From: an uncultured Planctomycetaceae bacterium
GTDB taxonomy: Bacteria; Planctomycetota; Phycisphaerae; Sedimentisphaerales; UBA12454
DNA: 64,000 nucleotides
Reading direction: 5' to 3'
Assembly: GCA_964619675.1 (NCBI GenBank)
Contig: CAZUEO010000003.1
Location: 56,186-120,185, forward strand
Shown: piece after piece, positions 1 through 8,266 of the stretch
Layout: each line of letters starts with the position of its first letter
Position numbering within the stretch: position 1 is the stretch's first letter
Made by a program: the position numbers and the translations under genes
Notes under the pieces: model-generated
Databases searched by the model: none
The model's input: the letters and a program-made list of their open reading frames with translations, nothing else
What the model was told of the DNA's origin: nothing

Positions 1-198
1 TTTGCGCTAGCGTTCCCGCGCAGGACGGCCTCACAGCGGAGAGCCTTTAATTTATTAAGAAAGGCCTACGTCGATGCCCGCTATAAGGCATCGTACAAAA
101 TTACCAAAAAGCAGCTCGAGTACCTCGCAGGGAGAGTAAAGGTATTACAAAAGCTGACAAAAAAGATTTGTCAACAAAAGATTAAATCATTTGTTTAA
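1..198 (+). CDS. HEPN domain protein, C-terminal fragment (5' end outside window)
   Basis: Frame 1 is open from nt 1 to TAA at 196-198. The translation ...RRAFNLLRKAYVDARYKASYKITKKQLEYLAGRVKVLQKL resembles the C-terminal helices of MNT/HEPN-type HEPN proteins. Confidence 0.45.
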   Translation, partial: FALAFPRRTASQRRAFNLLRKAYVDARYKASYKITKKQLEYLAGRVKVLQKLTKKICQQKIKSFV

Positions 199-207
199 CC
201 ACGGATT
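194..207. repeat. Left arm of a 14-bp perfect inverted repeat (TTTAACCACGGATT) bracketing the R-M cassette
   Basis: The exact reverse complement occurs at 3595-3608 (AATCCGTGGTTAAA). The left arm overlaps the HEPN stop codon. Confidence 0.8.
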
Positions 208-466
208 TCACAGATTTTTGCGGATTTTTGTCCCTAAACCCTGCATTCTCCTGCCCTTGGCGACGGCAAATTCTCCTCTGCGGCGGCTCTTTCGCCTCTC
301 CATTCTCGATTATCGACTTTCCGCGCCTCGACAAGCTGCCGGTCCTCCCACGTAATCCCTGACTGACGCTTAACCTGTCTCGTAATCTTTGGATTTTTTT
401 TGACTAACCGTATGATTATGGTTAACTTATAATAAATCAGGATGGTTTTTTTGGATAGGGCAGTAA

Positions 467-1906
467 ATGAGCGGTGATGTAAGCGACAGGAAGAGACTTA
501 TATCAATAACTGGTGGTAACATCCGCAACAACCATATATACATCAGTGGTCATCACGACTTTTTCCCGAAAGAGTGTTACGGTTCCTCTGAAAGCAAAAA
601 AGGGCTGGGTAAACCTCTGACACTTTTACTAGAAGGATTAAATAAGGAAATTAAAACGGATATTTCTAATGGTACAAATGGAAAACCAAGAAACTTTTTT
701 CGAAAACGTAGCTGGGTAAGTAAATTCTTCAAACAATTTAATATTTGTGAAGGGGACGTTATAGCCATTGAGAAAATCGCTAAATATAAATATCGGGTAT
801 ACCCTTTCGAGACTAAAAATATTCGTGAAGGCTCTGAAATGCCATCGCATTGGTTGAAACCCCCGGCAAGCAAATTAAGAGTTATTGATCTTTTTGCCGG
901 TTGTGGCGGTTTTTCTTATGGTCTTAAAAAAGCCGGCTTTGAAAACCTATTGTCCATAGAATGGGATAAATCGTGTTGCGAAACTTTCAAAGCTAATATA
1001 AGCCCAAGAATACTTAATTGTGCTATTCAAAAAGTCGAAACTTTTCCCAAAACGGATTTACTTGTCGGTGGTCCTCCGTGTCAGGGTTTTAGTAATCTTG
1101 GAGAAAAACTCCCTAATGATCCACGAAGACAATTATGGAGGCATTTTTTAAGAGCTGTTAAAGATTCAAATCCTTTAATATTTATAATGGAAAATGTTCC
1201 GCCTATTCTCAAATCTGCAGAATATCAGGAAATTGTTAAACAAGCCCGCAAATTAGGCTATGAAGTCGAAGGACGCATTTTAAATACCGCATTTTACGGA
1301 GTACCCCAACAAAGAAAACGGGCGATAATTATAGGCAGCCGAATCGGCAAACCTGTTTTTCCTAAACCCACACATCGCGCACCAAACGACGGTAATTTAT
1401 ACGAATCTGATCTACCCATCTGGAAAACAGTTAAAGATGCTATAAGTGATATGCCCGCAAAACCCGATGGTAAAAACTGGCACATCAGTAGAAATCCGAC
1501 CGGATTATCAGAAAAAAGATATCGTTGCATTCCTGCAGGGGGTAATCGTTGGAATCTGCCGCTTCGCTTGATGCCGCCTTGTTGGAAACGCAAAACCAAA
1601 GGCGGAACCGATCTTTTCGGCCGTCTCTGGTGGAACAGGCCTTCCGTTACCATAAGAACAGAATTTTACAAGCCGGAAAAGGGCAGATATTTGCATCCTG
1701 TAGAGCACCGTCCGATTACTCACCGAGAGGCTGCAAGGTTACAGGGATTTGATGATGATTTTAAGTTTACCGGGAAAAAAATTGAAGTAGGAATACAGAT
1801 AGGTAATGCAGTTCCACCACCATTTGCATATCAAATCGGCTTAACCGTAAAAAAGGAAATTGAAAGATGGAGATATAAATATAATGTCGTCAAAAAAACT
1901 GCTTAA
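467..1906 (+). CDS. DNA (cytosine-5)-methyltransferase with an extra ~140-aa N-terminal domain
   Basis: Canonical m5C MTase motifs occur in order: DLFAGCGGFSYG (I), GGPPCQGFS (IV), ENV (VI), QQRKR (VIII), GNAVPPP (X). It is followed by an endonuclease gene and vsr. Confidence 0.9.
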   Translation: MSGDVSDRKRLISITGGNIRNNHIYISGHHDFFPKECYGSSESKKGLGKPLTLLLEGLNKEIKTDISNGTNGKPRNFFRKRSWVSKFFKQFNICEGDVIAIEKIAKYKYRVYPFETKNIREGSEMPSHWLKPPASKLRVIDLFAGCGGFSYGLKKAGFENLLSIEWDKSCCETFKANISPRILNCAIQKVETFPKTDLLVGGPPCQGFSNLGEKLPNDPRRQLWRHFLRAVKDSNPLIFIMENVPPILKSAEYQEIVKQARKLGYEVEGRILNTAFYGVPQQRKRAIIIGSRIGKPVFPKPTHRAPNDGNLYESDLPIWKTVKDAISDMPAKPDGKNWHISRNPTGLSEKRYRCIPAGGNRWNLPLRLMPPCWKRKTKGGTDLFGRLWWNRPSVTIRTEFYKPEKGRYLHPVEHRPITHREAARLQGFDDDFKFTGKKIEVGIQIGNAVPPPFAYQIGLTVKKEIERWRYKYNVVKKTA

Positions 1907-2825
1907 AAATTCAAGTGTAACGATTAACCTTTTAATCGTTGCAGCAGAATCGAAACTTGCCGAATACAAAAAGAAATATAAAGGTCTCTCATGGCGAGAG
2001 AAAATACTTCTGTTGGTAGAGCTTAATAAACCGGTAGCAAGCCTTGGAATATATTCTAATCCTGAAACGGCAAAAGTCGGAGCCAGAGAGAGATTACGAT
2101 TTTATTTATTAGAAAATGTCGGACAAGTAATTGAAGCAAAAGAATTAGAAATTGTTGCAGGGATTTCTGAATATGCCAGAAGAATGAGAGAATTAAGAAT
2201 TCAAGATGGTTATAAAATTATTACAGGCGCGAGCAGTTCGGAAGATTTCACTATTAAACTTAAACCTTCTCAATATATCCTACTCGATACAAAACCTGAC
2301 CGTAAAGCCGCCAGCAGATGGCATATAGCCAATAGAATCAGGAAAGAAAACCAAGGCGGCAGTAAAGCCCGTATATTAAAATATTTAAAGGGATTTGTCG
2401 GAGAGGTAATAACAAGTGAGGAATTATTATATGTTGCCAGAGCCAAAGAGTATGGTCGAAGAATTAGAGAATTGAGAACTGAAGAAGGTTATGCCATAGC
2501 AACCAATTTAACCGGCAGGCAGGATCTAAAAATGGGAGAGTATGTCCTCGAATCTCGTGAAAGAGTAGCAGAACCCCATGACCGCAAAATTCCTTTTGAG
2601 ATACAAAAAGAGGTCTATAAAAGAGATAAAAATTCATGCTGCCTTTGTAATTGGAATCACAAAAAATGGACAAAAGGAGACCCCAGAATACTGGAGCTCC
2701 ATCATATTCATGAGCACGTTAGGGGTGGTAAAAATTCGGCTGATAACATAATTCTTATCTGCAGCAAATGTCATGATAAAATACATGCAGGCAAATTAAA
2801 ACTTCCGCCAAATATTTTAGATTAA
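1884..2825 (+). CDS. HNH-family restriction endonuclease (putative R subunit of a type II system)
   Basis: The C-terminal HNH/zinc motif is CCLCNW...ELHHIHEHVRGG...NIILICSKCHDKIH. The gene overlaps the MTase gene end. ATG 1884 with GGAG upstream is preferred over TTG 1860. The N-terminal half contains two ~65-aa internal repeats. Confidence 0.7.
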   Translation: MSSKKLLKNSSVTINLLIVAAESKLAEYKKKYKGLSWREKILLLVELNKPVASLGIYSNPETAKVGARERLRFYLLENVGQVIEAKELEIVAGISEYARRMRELRIQDGYKIITGASSSEDFTIKLKPSQYILLDTKPDRKAASRWHIANRIRKENQGGSKARILKYLKGFVGEVITSEELLYVARAKEYGRRIRELRTEEGYAIATNLTGRQDLKMGEYVLESRERVAEPHDRKIPFEIQKEVYKRDKNSCCLCNWNHKKWTKGDPRILELHHIHEHVRGGKNSADNIILICSKCHDKIHAGKLKLPPNILD

Positions 2826-2830
2826 GCATT

Positions 2831-3241
2831 ATGGTCGATACCCTAACAAAGGAACAAAGGAAGTATTGCATGTCAGAAAACAAAGGTAAAGATACAAGTC
2901 CTGAATTATTTGTACGAAAATTAATCTCCTTACAAAAATTCCGTTACAGTTTACACGGAAAAGGTTTACCGGGTCGTCCTGATATAGTTTTTCTCAAGAG
3001 AAAAAAAGTTATTTTTATTAACGGCTGCTTCTGGCATCGCCACACCTGCAAAAAAGGCCGTTCAATACCCGCAACAAGAAAAAAATTCTGGAAGCAGAAA
3101 TTTAAAAGAACTATCGAACGAGATAAACAAAATTTAAAAGCCCTGAAAAAACTCGGCTGGAAGGTTTTGGTCATCTGGGAATGTCAAACCAAAAAATCCG
3201 AAAAAATTGTCGATAAAATCTCAACTTTCCTTAAAAAGTAA
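2831..3241 (+). CDS. vsr: Very short patch repair endonuclease Vsr
   Basis: DTSPELFVRKLI...GLPGRPDIVFLKRKKVIFINGCFWHRH matches Vsr hallmarks (DT.PE, G.PD, F..GCFWH.H). Vsr genes classically accompany m5C MTases. Confidence 0.85.
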   Translation: MVDTLTKEQRKYCMSENKGKDTSPELFVRKLISLQKFRYSLHGKGLPGRPDIVFLKRKKVIFINGCFWHRHTCKKGRSIPATRKKFWKQKFKRTIERDKQNLKALKKLGWKVLVIWECQTKKSEKIVDKISTFLKK

Positions 3242-3387
3242 AATTTTCCCCGCCCCAAAAATCGCTAAAACTTGCCCGCCGTAGCCTCGATACGGGGTTT
3301 ATTGCTTCAACTTTGACGATTTTTTAGGCAAAAATTCGGATTTGAAATCCTGCGGGCAAAGCAAAACAGTAAGTACGACGGATTCTT

Positions 3388-3505
3388 TTGCTTTAAGGCG
3401 TAATTGCGCAGCGGTAAGAAATTCAATTACAGGCCCGTTGAAGTTTAACTTCAGAAAGGGGCTGTTTGAATTTTACAGTGTTCGCAGAACACCGCCTTAA
3501 AGCAA
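3388..3505. repeat. 13-bp perfect inverted repeat (TTGCTTTAAGGCG / CGCCTTAAAGCAA) closing a 92-nt segment
   Basis: The arms lie at 3388-3400 and 3493-3505. The interior holds a further palindrome, TGAAGTTTAACTTCA. Confidence 0.7.
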
Positions 3506-3845
3506 TAGTGTCTCTGTGGACTCTGTGTTCTCTGTGGCTAATTTTTTCGTGTCTTGGTGCCTTTGTGGCTAATTAGAATCTGCGTAATCCGCGCAATCCG
3601 TGGTTAAATTCGTAGTTAATTTTTAATTTTGACTTTTGGTTTTAAGTTTTTAGCTTTAACTTTTAAACTCTTGTTTCTCTCCCTCACTTTGATTGATAAT
3701 TATCAACTATCGTTTTTCGCCTTAATTTTTTATTTTTTATCTGTCGTTTTTATTTTTAATTTTTGATATTTGATATTTTTTACTAGCGACTATCAACCAG
3801 CGACTGGCGACTGCATAATCCGCGGTTACTTTTCTTGTCAGGCCT
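3500..3845. repeat. Intergenic spacer built from degenerate heptanucleotide runs held in one 7-nt register
   Basis: Splitting into 7-mers gives runs such as tttttaa/ttttgac/ttttggt/tttaagt/ttttagc/tttaact/tttaaac and tactagc/gactatc/aaccagc/gactggc/gactgca. Modules are shared with 35464-35900. Confidence 0.7.
3595..3608. repeat. Right arm of the 14-bp inverted repeat bracketing the R-M cassette
   Basis: AATCCGTGGTTAAA is the reverse complement of 194-207. Confidence 0.8.
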
Positions 3846-4280
3846 GTGAACTATGGTTATAATCTTTTGCGTATGTTGCAGAAAAAGACAAATATGCTGC
3901 GGGTGAGGATTTTATCGCTTGTTTTGTTACTTATTTTGTCGCTAATGGGCTTTTGGATTTGGCGGTATTATCAAGGCTGGGCTGAAGGCTGGATAAGGTT
4001 TTATATTTCAGGTATCGTGTATGTGATGGTTTTATCTGTTGGCTTGTTTGCTGTTTTGCCGGGCGGCAGGAACGTTTGGCGGATACCTTTAATTGTTTTT
4101 ATTTTGACTTGTGGTCTTGAGTTTCTTCAGCTTTACAAGCCGCCGTTTTTGCAGGCTTTCAGGTCAACATTGATAGGTGCGGCTCTTATCGGAACGTGCT
4201 TCGTTTGGCTGCAATTTCCGTTTTACATAGCAGGGGCGTTATTCTCATATCTGCTCCTAAAATTCCTTTTTTCAGTCTAA
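3846..4280 (+). CDS. Small polytopic membrane protein, DUF2809-like
   Basis: There are four hydrophobic helices. GLEFLQLY...LIGAALIGTCFVW resembles the DUF2809 pattern. The start is uncertain (GTG 3846, ATG 3873 or 3894). Confidence 0.4.
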   Translation: MNYGYNLLRMLQKKTNMLRVRILSLVLLLILSLMGFWIWRYYQGWAEGWIRFYISGIVYVMVLSVGLFAVLPGGRNVWRIPLIVFILTCGLEFLQLYKPPFLQAFRSTLIGAALIGTCFVWLQFPFYIAGALFSYLLLKFLFSV

Positions 4281-4330
4281 AAACCTCATTATTAATACTG
4301 ATAAAGGCACTTTTCCTTGAGAAAATACTC

Positions 4331-4359
4331 TTGCTTTGTCGATAGAGCTTTAGTATAGT
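4331..4359 (+). promoter_or_regulatory. Sigma70-like promoter (TTGCTT - 17 nt - TATAGT)
   Basis: The -35 is at 4331-4336, the spacer is 17 nt, and the -10 is at 4354-4359. No ORF follows; the next annotated gene is the tRNA at 4620. Confidence 0.35.
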
Positions 4360-4365
4360 ACCTCG

Positions 4366-4520
4366 CAAGCCTTCTGTCAGAAGGGGTAGCAACACGTGTT
4401 TCGTAGCCTTTTAGGCGAAGGAGCATAGGAATATGGGGCCGGTAGTATCACGGCATCGCCGGCTCAAGCCTCAGACAGAGCCCAACCGGTCCGAACCTGA
4501 AACGGACACCGTGAAAGCAG
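4366..4520 (+). ncRNA. Unassigned structured region upstream of tRNA-Gln (candidate ncRNA or tRNA leader)
   Basis: It contains several local hairpins (CUUCU-GUC-AGAAG; GCCGG...CCGGC; GUCCG-AACCUGAAA-CGGAC) and the palindrome AACACGTGTT at 4391-4400. I recognise no known RNA family. Confidence 0.2.
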
Positions 4521-4619
4521 AGAAAATTGAAGATTGTAAGTTGAATATTGAAGATTTACTTTATCTTTTGTTTTTTCAATTAAATTTTCAATCTTAAATC
4601 TTGAATTTTCAATGATTTA

Positions 4620-4691
4620 TACCCGGTGGTGTAATTGGTAACACAGAGGCTTTTGGTGCCTCCATTCCAGGTTCGAGTCCTGGCCGGGTAG
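4620..4691 (+). tRNA. tRNA-Gln (anticodon UUG)
   Basis: A manual cloverleaf fits: acceptor TACCCGG/CCGGGTA, D stem GTGT/ACAC, anticodon stem GAGGC/GCCTC with loop TTTTGGT (anticodon TTG), T arm CCAGG-TTCGAGT-CCTGG, discriminator G. Length is 72 nt and CCA is not encoded. Confidence 0.9.
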
Positions 4692-4730
4692 GTAGAGAAA
4701 TTAAAAATAAAGTATAAAAAAAGATAAATT

Positions 4731-5951
4731 ATGTCTGATAGGGTAGCCATAATATTAGCGGCAGGGATAAGCAGTCGAATGAATACCAAACTGCCTAAGG
4801 TCCTGCATGAGGTCTGCGGCAGACCAATGCTGGCATACGTAATTGATGTCTGCCGGCAAGCAGACATCGAGAAACTGTATGTAATTGTCGGCTACGGCAA
4901 AGAACAAGTCATAGAATACTTCGGCGATGATAAAAATATCGTCTGGATAGAACAAAAAGAGCAAAAAGGAACCGGCCATGCGGTAATGTGCTGCAAAGAA
5001 TACCTGGCCAACTTCACGGGAGATACGCTGATTCTCTGCGGAGACGGGCCGCTAATCAGAGCAGAAACACTCAAGACGCTAATCGAAAAACATCAGCGTG
5101 AGATGTCAGCGGCCACCCTGGCAACGGCGATTCTTGATTACCCGACGGGGTACGGCAGAATTGTGCGAGACGGCTATGGGAATATCCAGGGTATTGTCGA
5201 GGACGGCGACTGCAGTCCACAGCAAAAGACCATAAAAGAAGTTAATCCGAGCTACTACTGCTTCAAAAATAAAGTACTGTTCGAATCGCTGGATAAGGTT
5301 ACGCCCGACAACGTGAAAAAAGAATATTACCTGACCGATGCGCTGCATTTGATTATCGAGGCGGGCCATAAAGTTACGGCGGTAACGGCAGTGGCCGCCG
5401 AAGATGCGATGGGCGTCAACAGCAGACAGCAGCTCAGCGAGGCGGGGAAAATTATGCAGCGCAGGATTCAGGACAAATTTATGAGAACCGGCGTTACGAT
5501 TGTCGACCCGCCAAATACGTGGATTGACGCCCGCACACAAATCGGGCAGGACACGGTAATTGAGCCTTTTACGTATATACACGGCAGAGTAAGAATAGGC
5601 AGCAACTGCAGGGTCGGGCCGTTTGCTCATCTTCGCGACGGGACAGTGCTTGGCGATGATGTGGTGCTGGGCGTCTTTACAGAAGTGAAAAACTCGACCC
5701 TTTCAGACGGAGTAAGAGCCAGGCATCACAGTTATATAGGCGATAGTCAGGTGGGCAAAAATGTGAACATTGGGGCCGGTGCAATAACGGCAAATTTTGA
5801 CGGCGAGAAAATCAACGCGACACAGATAAGCGATAACGTCTTTATCGGCTCGGGCTCGATACTTGTCGCTCCGATTAACGTGCCGGCAGGTACTCACATA
5901 AAACCCGGCTCAACGGTAGCCGCCAAAGATTTGCAGGACAAGAAAGAATAA
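4731..5951 (+). CDS. glmU: Bifunctional UDP-N-acetylglucosamine pyrophosphorylase / GlcN-1-P acetyltransferase
   Basis: The N-terminus has ILAAGISSRMNTKLPKVLH and the C-terminus has hexapeptide (left-handed beta-helix) repeats. The gene order glmU-prs-ctc-pth is conserved. Confidence 0.85.
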   Translation: MSDRVAIILAAGISSRMNTKLPKVLHEVCGRPMLAYVIDVCRQADIEKLYVIVGYGKEQVIEYFGDDKNIVWIEQKEQKGTGHAVMCCKEYLANFTGDTLILCGDGPLIRAETLKTLIEKHQREMSAATLATAILDYPTGYGRIVRDGYGNIQGIVEDGDCSPQQKTIKEVNPSYYCFKNKVLFESLDKVTPDNVKKEYYLTDALHLIIEAGHKVTAVTAVAAEDAMGVNSRQQLSEAGKIMQRRIQDKFMRTGVTIVDPPNTWIDARTQIGQDTVIEPFTYIHGRVRIGSNCRVGPFAHLRDGTVLGDDVVLGVFTEVKNSTLSDGVRARHHSYIGDSQVGKNVNIGAGAITANFDGEKINATQISDNVFIGSGSILVAPINVPAGTHIKPGSTVAAKDLQDKKE

Positions 5952-5963
5952 AGGGACTGAAAA

Positions 5964-6911
5964 ATGCTTTTGAACAGGAAAATCAAGATTTTCAGCGGCT
6001 CGGGCAATCCTCGGCTTACGGAAAAGATATGCAAGTACGTCGGCGAGCCCGCAGGCGAGGTGAAGATTGAGCGGTTTCCTGACGGCGAAAAGATAATAAA
6101 ATGCGAAGACGACGTTCGCGGCAGTGACTGTTTCATCGTGCAGGCAGGATGTGAGCCTGTCGATGCCAATCTTGTCGAGCTTCTGATTTTTCTCGACTGC
6201 CTTAAACGCGCAAGCGTAAGCAGAGTGACAGCGGTGATGCCTTATTTCTCGTACGCAAGGCAGGACAGGAAAGACGAAGGCAGGGTGCCGATAACGGCAA
6301 AATTAGTCGCGAACCTGATTACGACGGCAGGGGCCGACAGGGTACTGGCCGTGGACCTGCACGCGGCACAACTGCAGGGCTTCTTTGATATACCGCTTGA
6401 CCATCTTTTTGCGGAGCCTGTCCTGGGCGGATATTTTAAGAGCAAGGGAATCGAAAACCTGACGATAGTATCGCCTGATATCGGCAATTTGAAGCGTGCG
6501 GCGAGATACGTCCAGCATCTTAACGGCGAACTGGCGATAATCCACAAAAGACGAGTCAGCAGTAAGGAGGTTCAGTGCGGAGAAATCATCGGCACGGTCA
6601 AGGGAAGGAATATACTGATGTGCGACGATATGATTTCAACTGCGGCTACGATGTGCAGCGCGGCAAAACTTCTCAAGCAGCAGGGCGCAAAAAAGATTTT
6701 CATAGGCGCTACACACGGGATTTTCTGCGGCGAAGCGGTTGAGAATATCACCGGTTCACCGATAGATGAAGTGGTTGTAACCGACACAATCCCGCAGGAG
6801 GAAAATTCGAAAAAACTTAAAAATCTTAAGGTACTGACGGTTGCAGGGATTTTAGGTGAAGCCATAAAGCGCATTCACAAAAATGAGTCAATAAGCGCGA
6901 TGTTTCAATAG
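5964..6911 (+). CDS. prs: Ribose-phosphate pyrophosphokinase
   Basis: KIFSGSGNPRLTEKI, YARQDRK and the PRPP-binding loop DDMISTAATM are present. Confidence 0.95.
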   Translation: MLLNRKIKIFSGSGNPRLTEKICKYVGEPAGEVKIERFPDGEKIIKCEDDVRGSDCFIVQAGCEPVDANLVELLIFLDCLKRASVSRVTAVMPYFSYARQDRKDEGRVPITAKLVANLITTAGADRVLAVDLHAAQLQGFFDIPLDHLFAEPVLGGYFKSKGIENLTIVSPDIGNLKRAARYVQHLNGELAIIHKRRVSSKEVQCGEIIGTVKGRNILMCDDMISTAATMCSAAKLLKQQGAKKIFIGATHGIFCGEAVENITGSPIDEVVVTDTIPQEENSKKLKNLKVLTVAGILGEAIKRIHKNESISAMFQ

Positions 6912-6952
6912 TTATTTTTTCGTAAAAAAACAGACTTTGGATGAGGTAAAAA

Positions 6953-7630
6953 ATGGCATCAAAAGAGATGGTTCTCAAGGCCGAGGCAAGAAGCGAGCTT
7001 GGCTCAAAACGTGCGGCGAAACTGCGGTTAGCCGGCAGGATACCTGCCATTATCTACGGACACGGACAAAAACCCCAAACCGTCACGCTTGACGCACATG
7101 ATTTTGCCGAAGGGCTTCATCACGGGCACAGGCTTTTTGGCGTTGAGTTCGGCGGCAAGAAGGAAAAACTTCTGGTCAAAGACGTGCAGTACGATTATTT
7201 AGGCAAAAAGATAATTCATGCGGATTTAATCAGGGTTGACCTGGGTGAAAAAGTGAAGGTTGAGGTGCCGCTTGTCTTCAAAGGGACGCCGGCAGGAGCT
7301 CATGAAGGGGGACTATTGGAAGAGCATCGTGACCATATCGAGATTGAATGCGCGGTTACCGATATACCGGAAGCGATTGATGTTTCAATTAAAAATCTTA
7401 AGGTCGGCGATTCGCTTCACGCCCGCGATATCGTGCTTGCGCCGGGGATTAAACTTATAACCGAGCCTGATACGCTTCTGATAACCTGTCATCTGCCGGT
7501 GGTGGCCGCTGTTGAAGAAACGGCTGCTGAAGCTGTTGTGGCAGAGCCGACGGCGCCTGAAGTTATTACCGAACGAAAACCGAAGGAAGGCGAAGAAGAG
7601 GCACAAGCGTCTGAAAAGGAAAAGAAATGA
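6953..7630 (+). CDS. rplY: 50S ribosomal protein L25 / general stress protein Ctc
   Basis: RLAGRIPAIIYGHG and the two-domain Ctc layout are present, with an acidic C-terminal tail. Confidence 0.9.
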   Translation: MASKEMVLKAEARSELGSKRAAKLRLAGRIPAIIYGHGQKPQTVTLDAHDFAEGLHHGHRLFGVEFGGKKEKLLVKDVQYDYLGKKIIHADLIRVDLGEKVKVEVPLVFKGTPAGAHEGGLLEEHRDHIEIECAVTDIPEAIDVSIKNLKVGDSLHARDIVLAPGIKLITEPDTLLITCHLPVVAAVEETAAEAVVAEPTAPEVITERKPKEGEEEAQASEKEKK

Positions 7631-7672
7631 GGTGTCTGTGAACCCCTCGGCGGACGGAGGGGATGAATATAT

Positions 7673-8266
7673 ATGAACGATATAAGATTGATAGCGGGTC
7701 TTGGCAACCCGGGTTTGGAATACGAGCAAACCCGCCATAATGTCGGATTTGAAGTTGTTGACCTGCTGGCAAAAAAGCTGAAGGTCAGGCTGAATAAAGA
7801 AAAATTTTCAGCGGCTTTCGGACAGGCAGAATTTGAAGATAAAAAGTTAATATTGTTAAAGCCGCTTGTGTTTATGAATAACAGCGGCCAGGCCGTTGCA
7901 GCGGCTGCGAATTTTTACAGGCTGACAGCCGGGGCGATACTGGTAATAGCAGATGATATGGCCCTTGAGCCCGGGATGATACGGTTGCGGGCCGCCGGTT
8001 CGGCGGGCGGACACAACGGACTGGCTGATATTATTGAAAAGCTCGGCACAGACCAGTTCAGCAGGCTCAGAATCGGCATCGGCAGTAGAAACCAGGCGGA
8101 TGGCAGGGATTATGTGCTTTCAAGGCCGAGTGAAACTGAAAGAAATTTAATAGATAAGGCAGTAGCCCAAGCGGCAGATGCAGTAATAGTATGGATAACC
8201 GAAGGCGTTGAAGCCGCGATGAACAGATTTAATTGCAAAACAACGCCAGATGATGAAGAAAAATAA
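7673..8266 (+). CDS. pth: Peptidyl-tRNA hydrolase
   Basis: GLGNPGLEYEQTRHNVGF and GGHNGL motifs are present. Confidence 0.95.
   Translation: MNDIRLIAGLGNPGLEYEQTRHNVGFEVVDLLAKKLKVRLNKEKFSAAFGQAEFEDKKLILLKPLVFMNNSGQAVAAAANFYRLTAGAILVIADDMALEPGMIRLRAAGSAGGHNGLADIIEKLGTDQFSRLRIGIGSRNQADGRDYVLSRPSETERNLIDKAVAQAADAVIVWITEGVEAAMNRFNCKTTPDDEEK

Noticed and set aside
4620-4691. tRNA-Gln as the integration site of the R-M island
   Set aside because: The island lies 5' of the tRNA, separated by another gene. No integrase and no direct repeat of the tRNA 3' end was found.
4290-4730. glmS-type ribozyme or other riboswitch controlling the downstream glmU
   Set aside because: The sequence does not resemble the glmS ribozyme core I recall. 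A tRNA gene also lies between the region and glmU.
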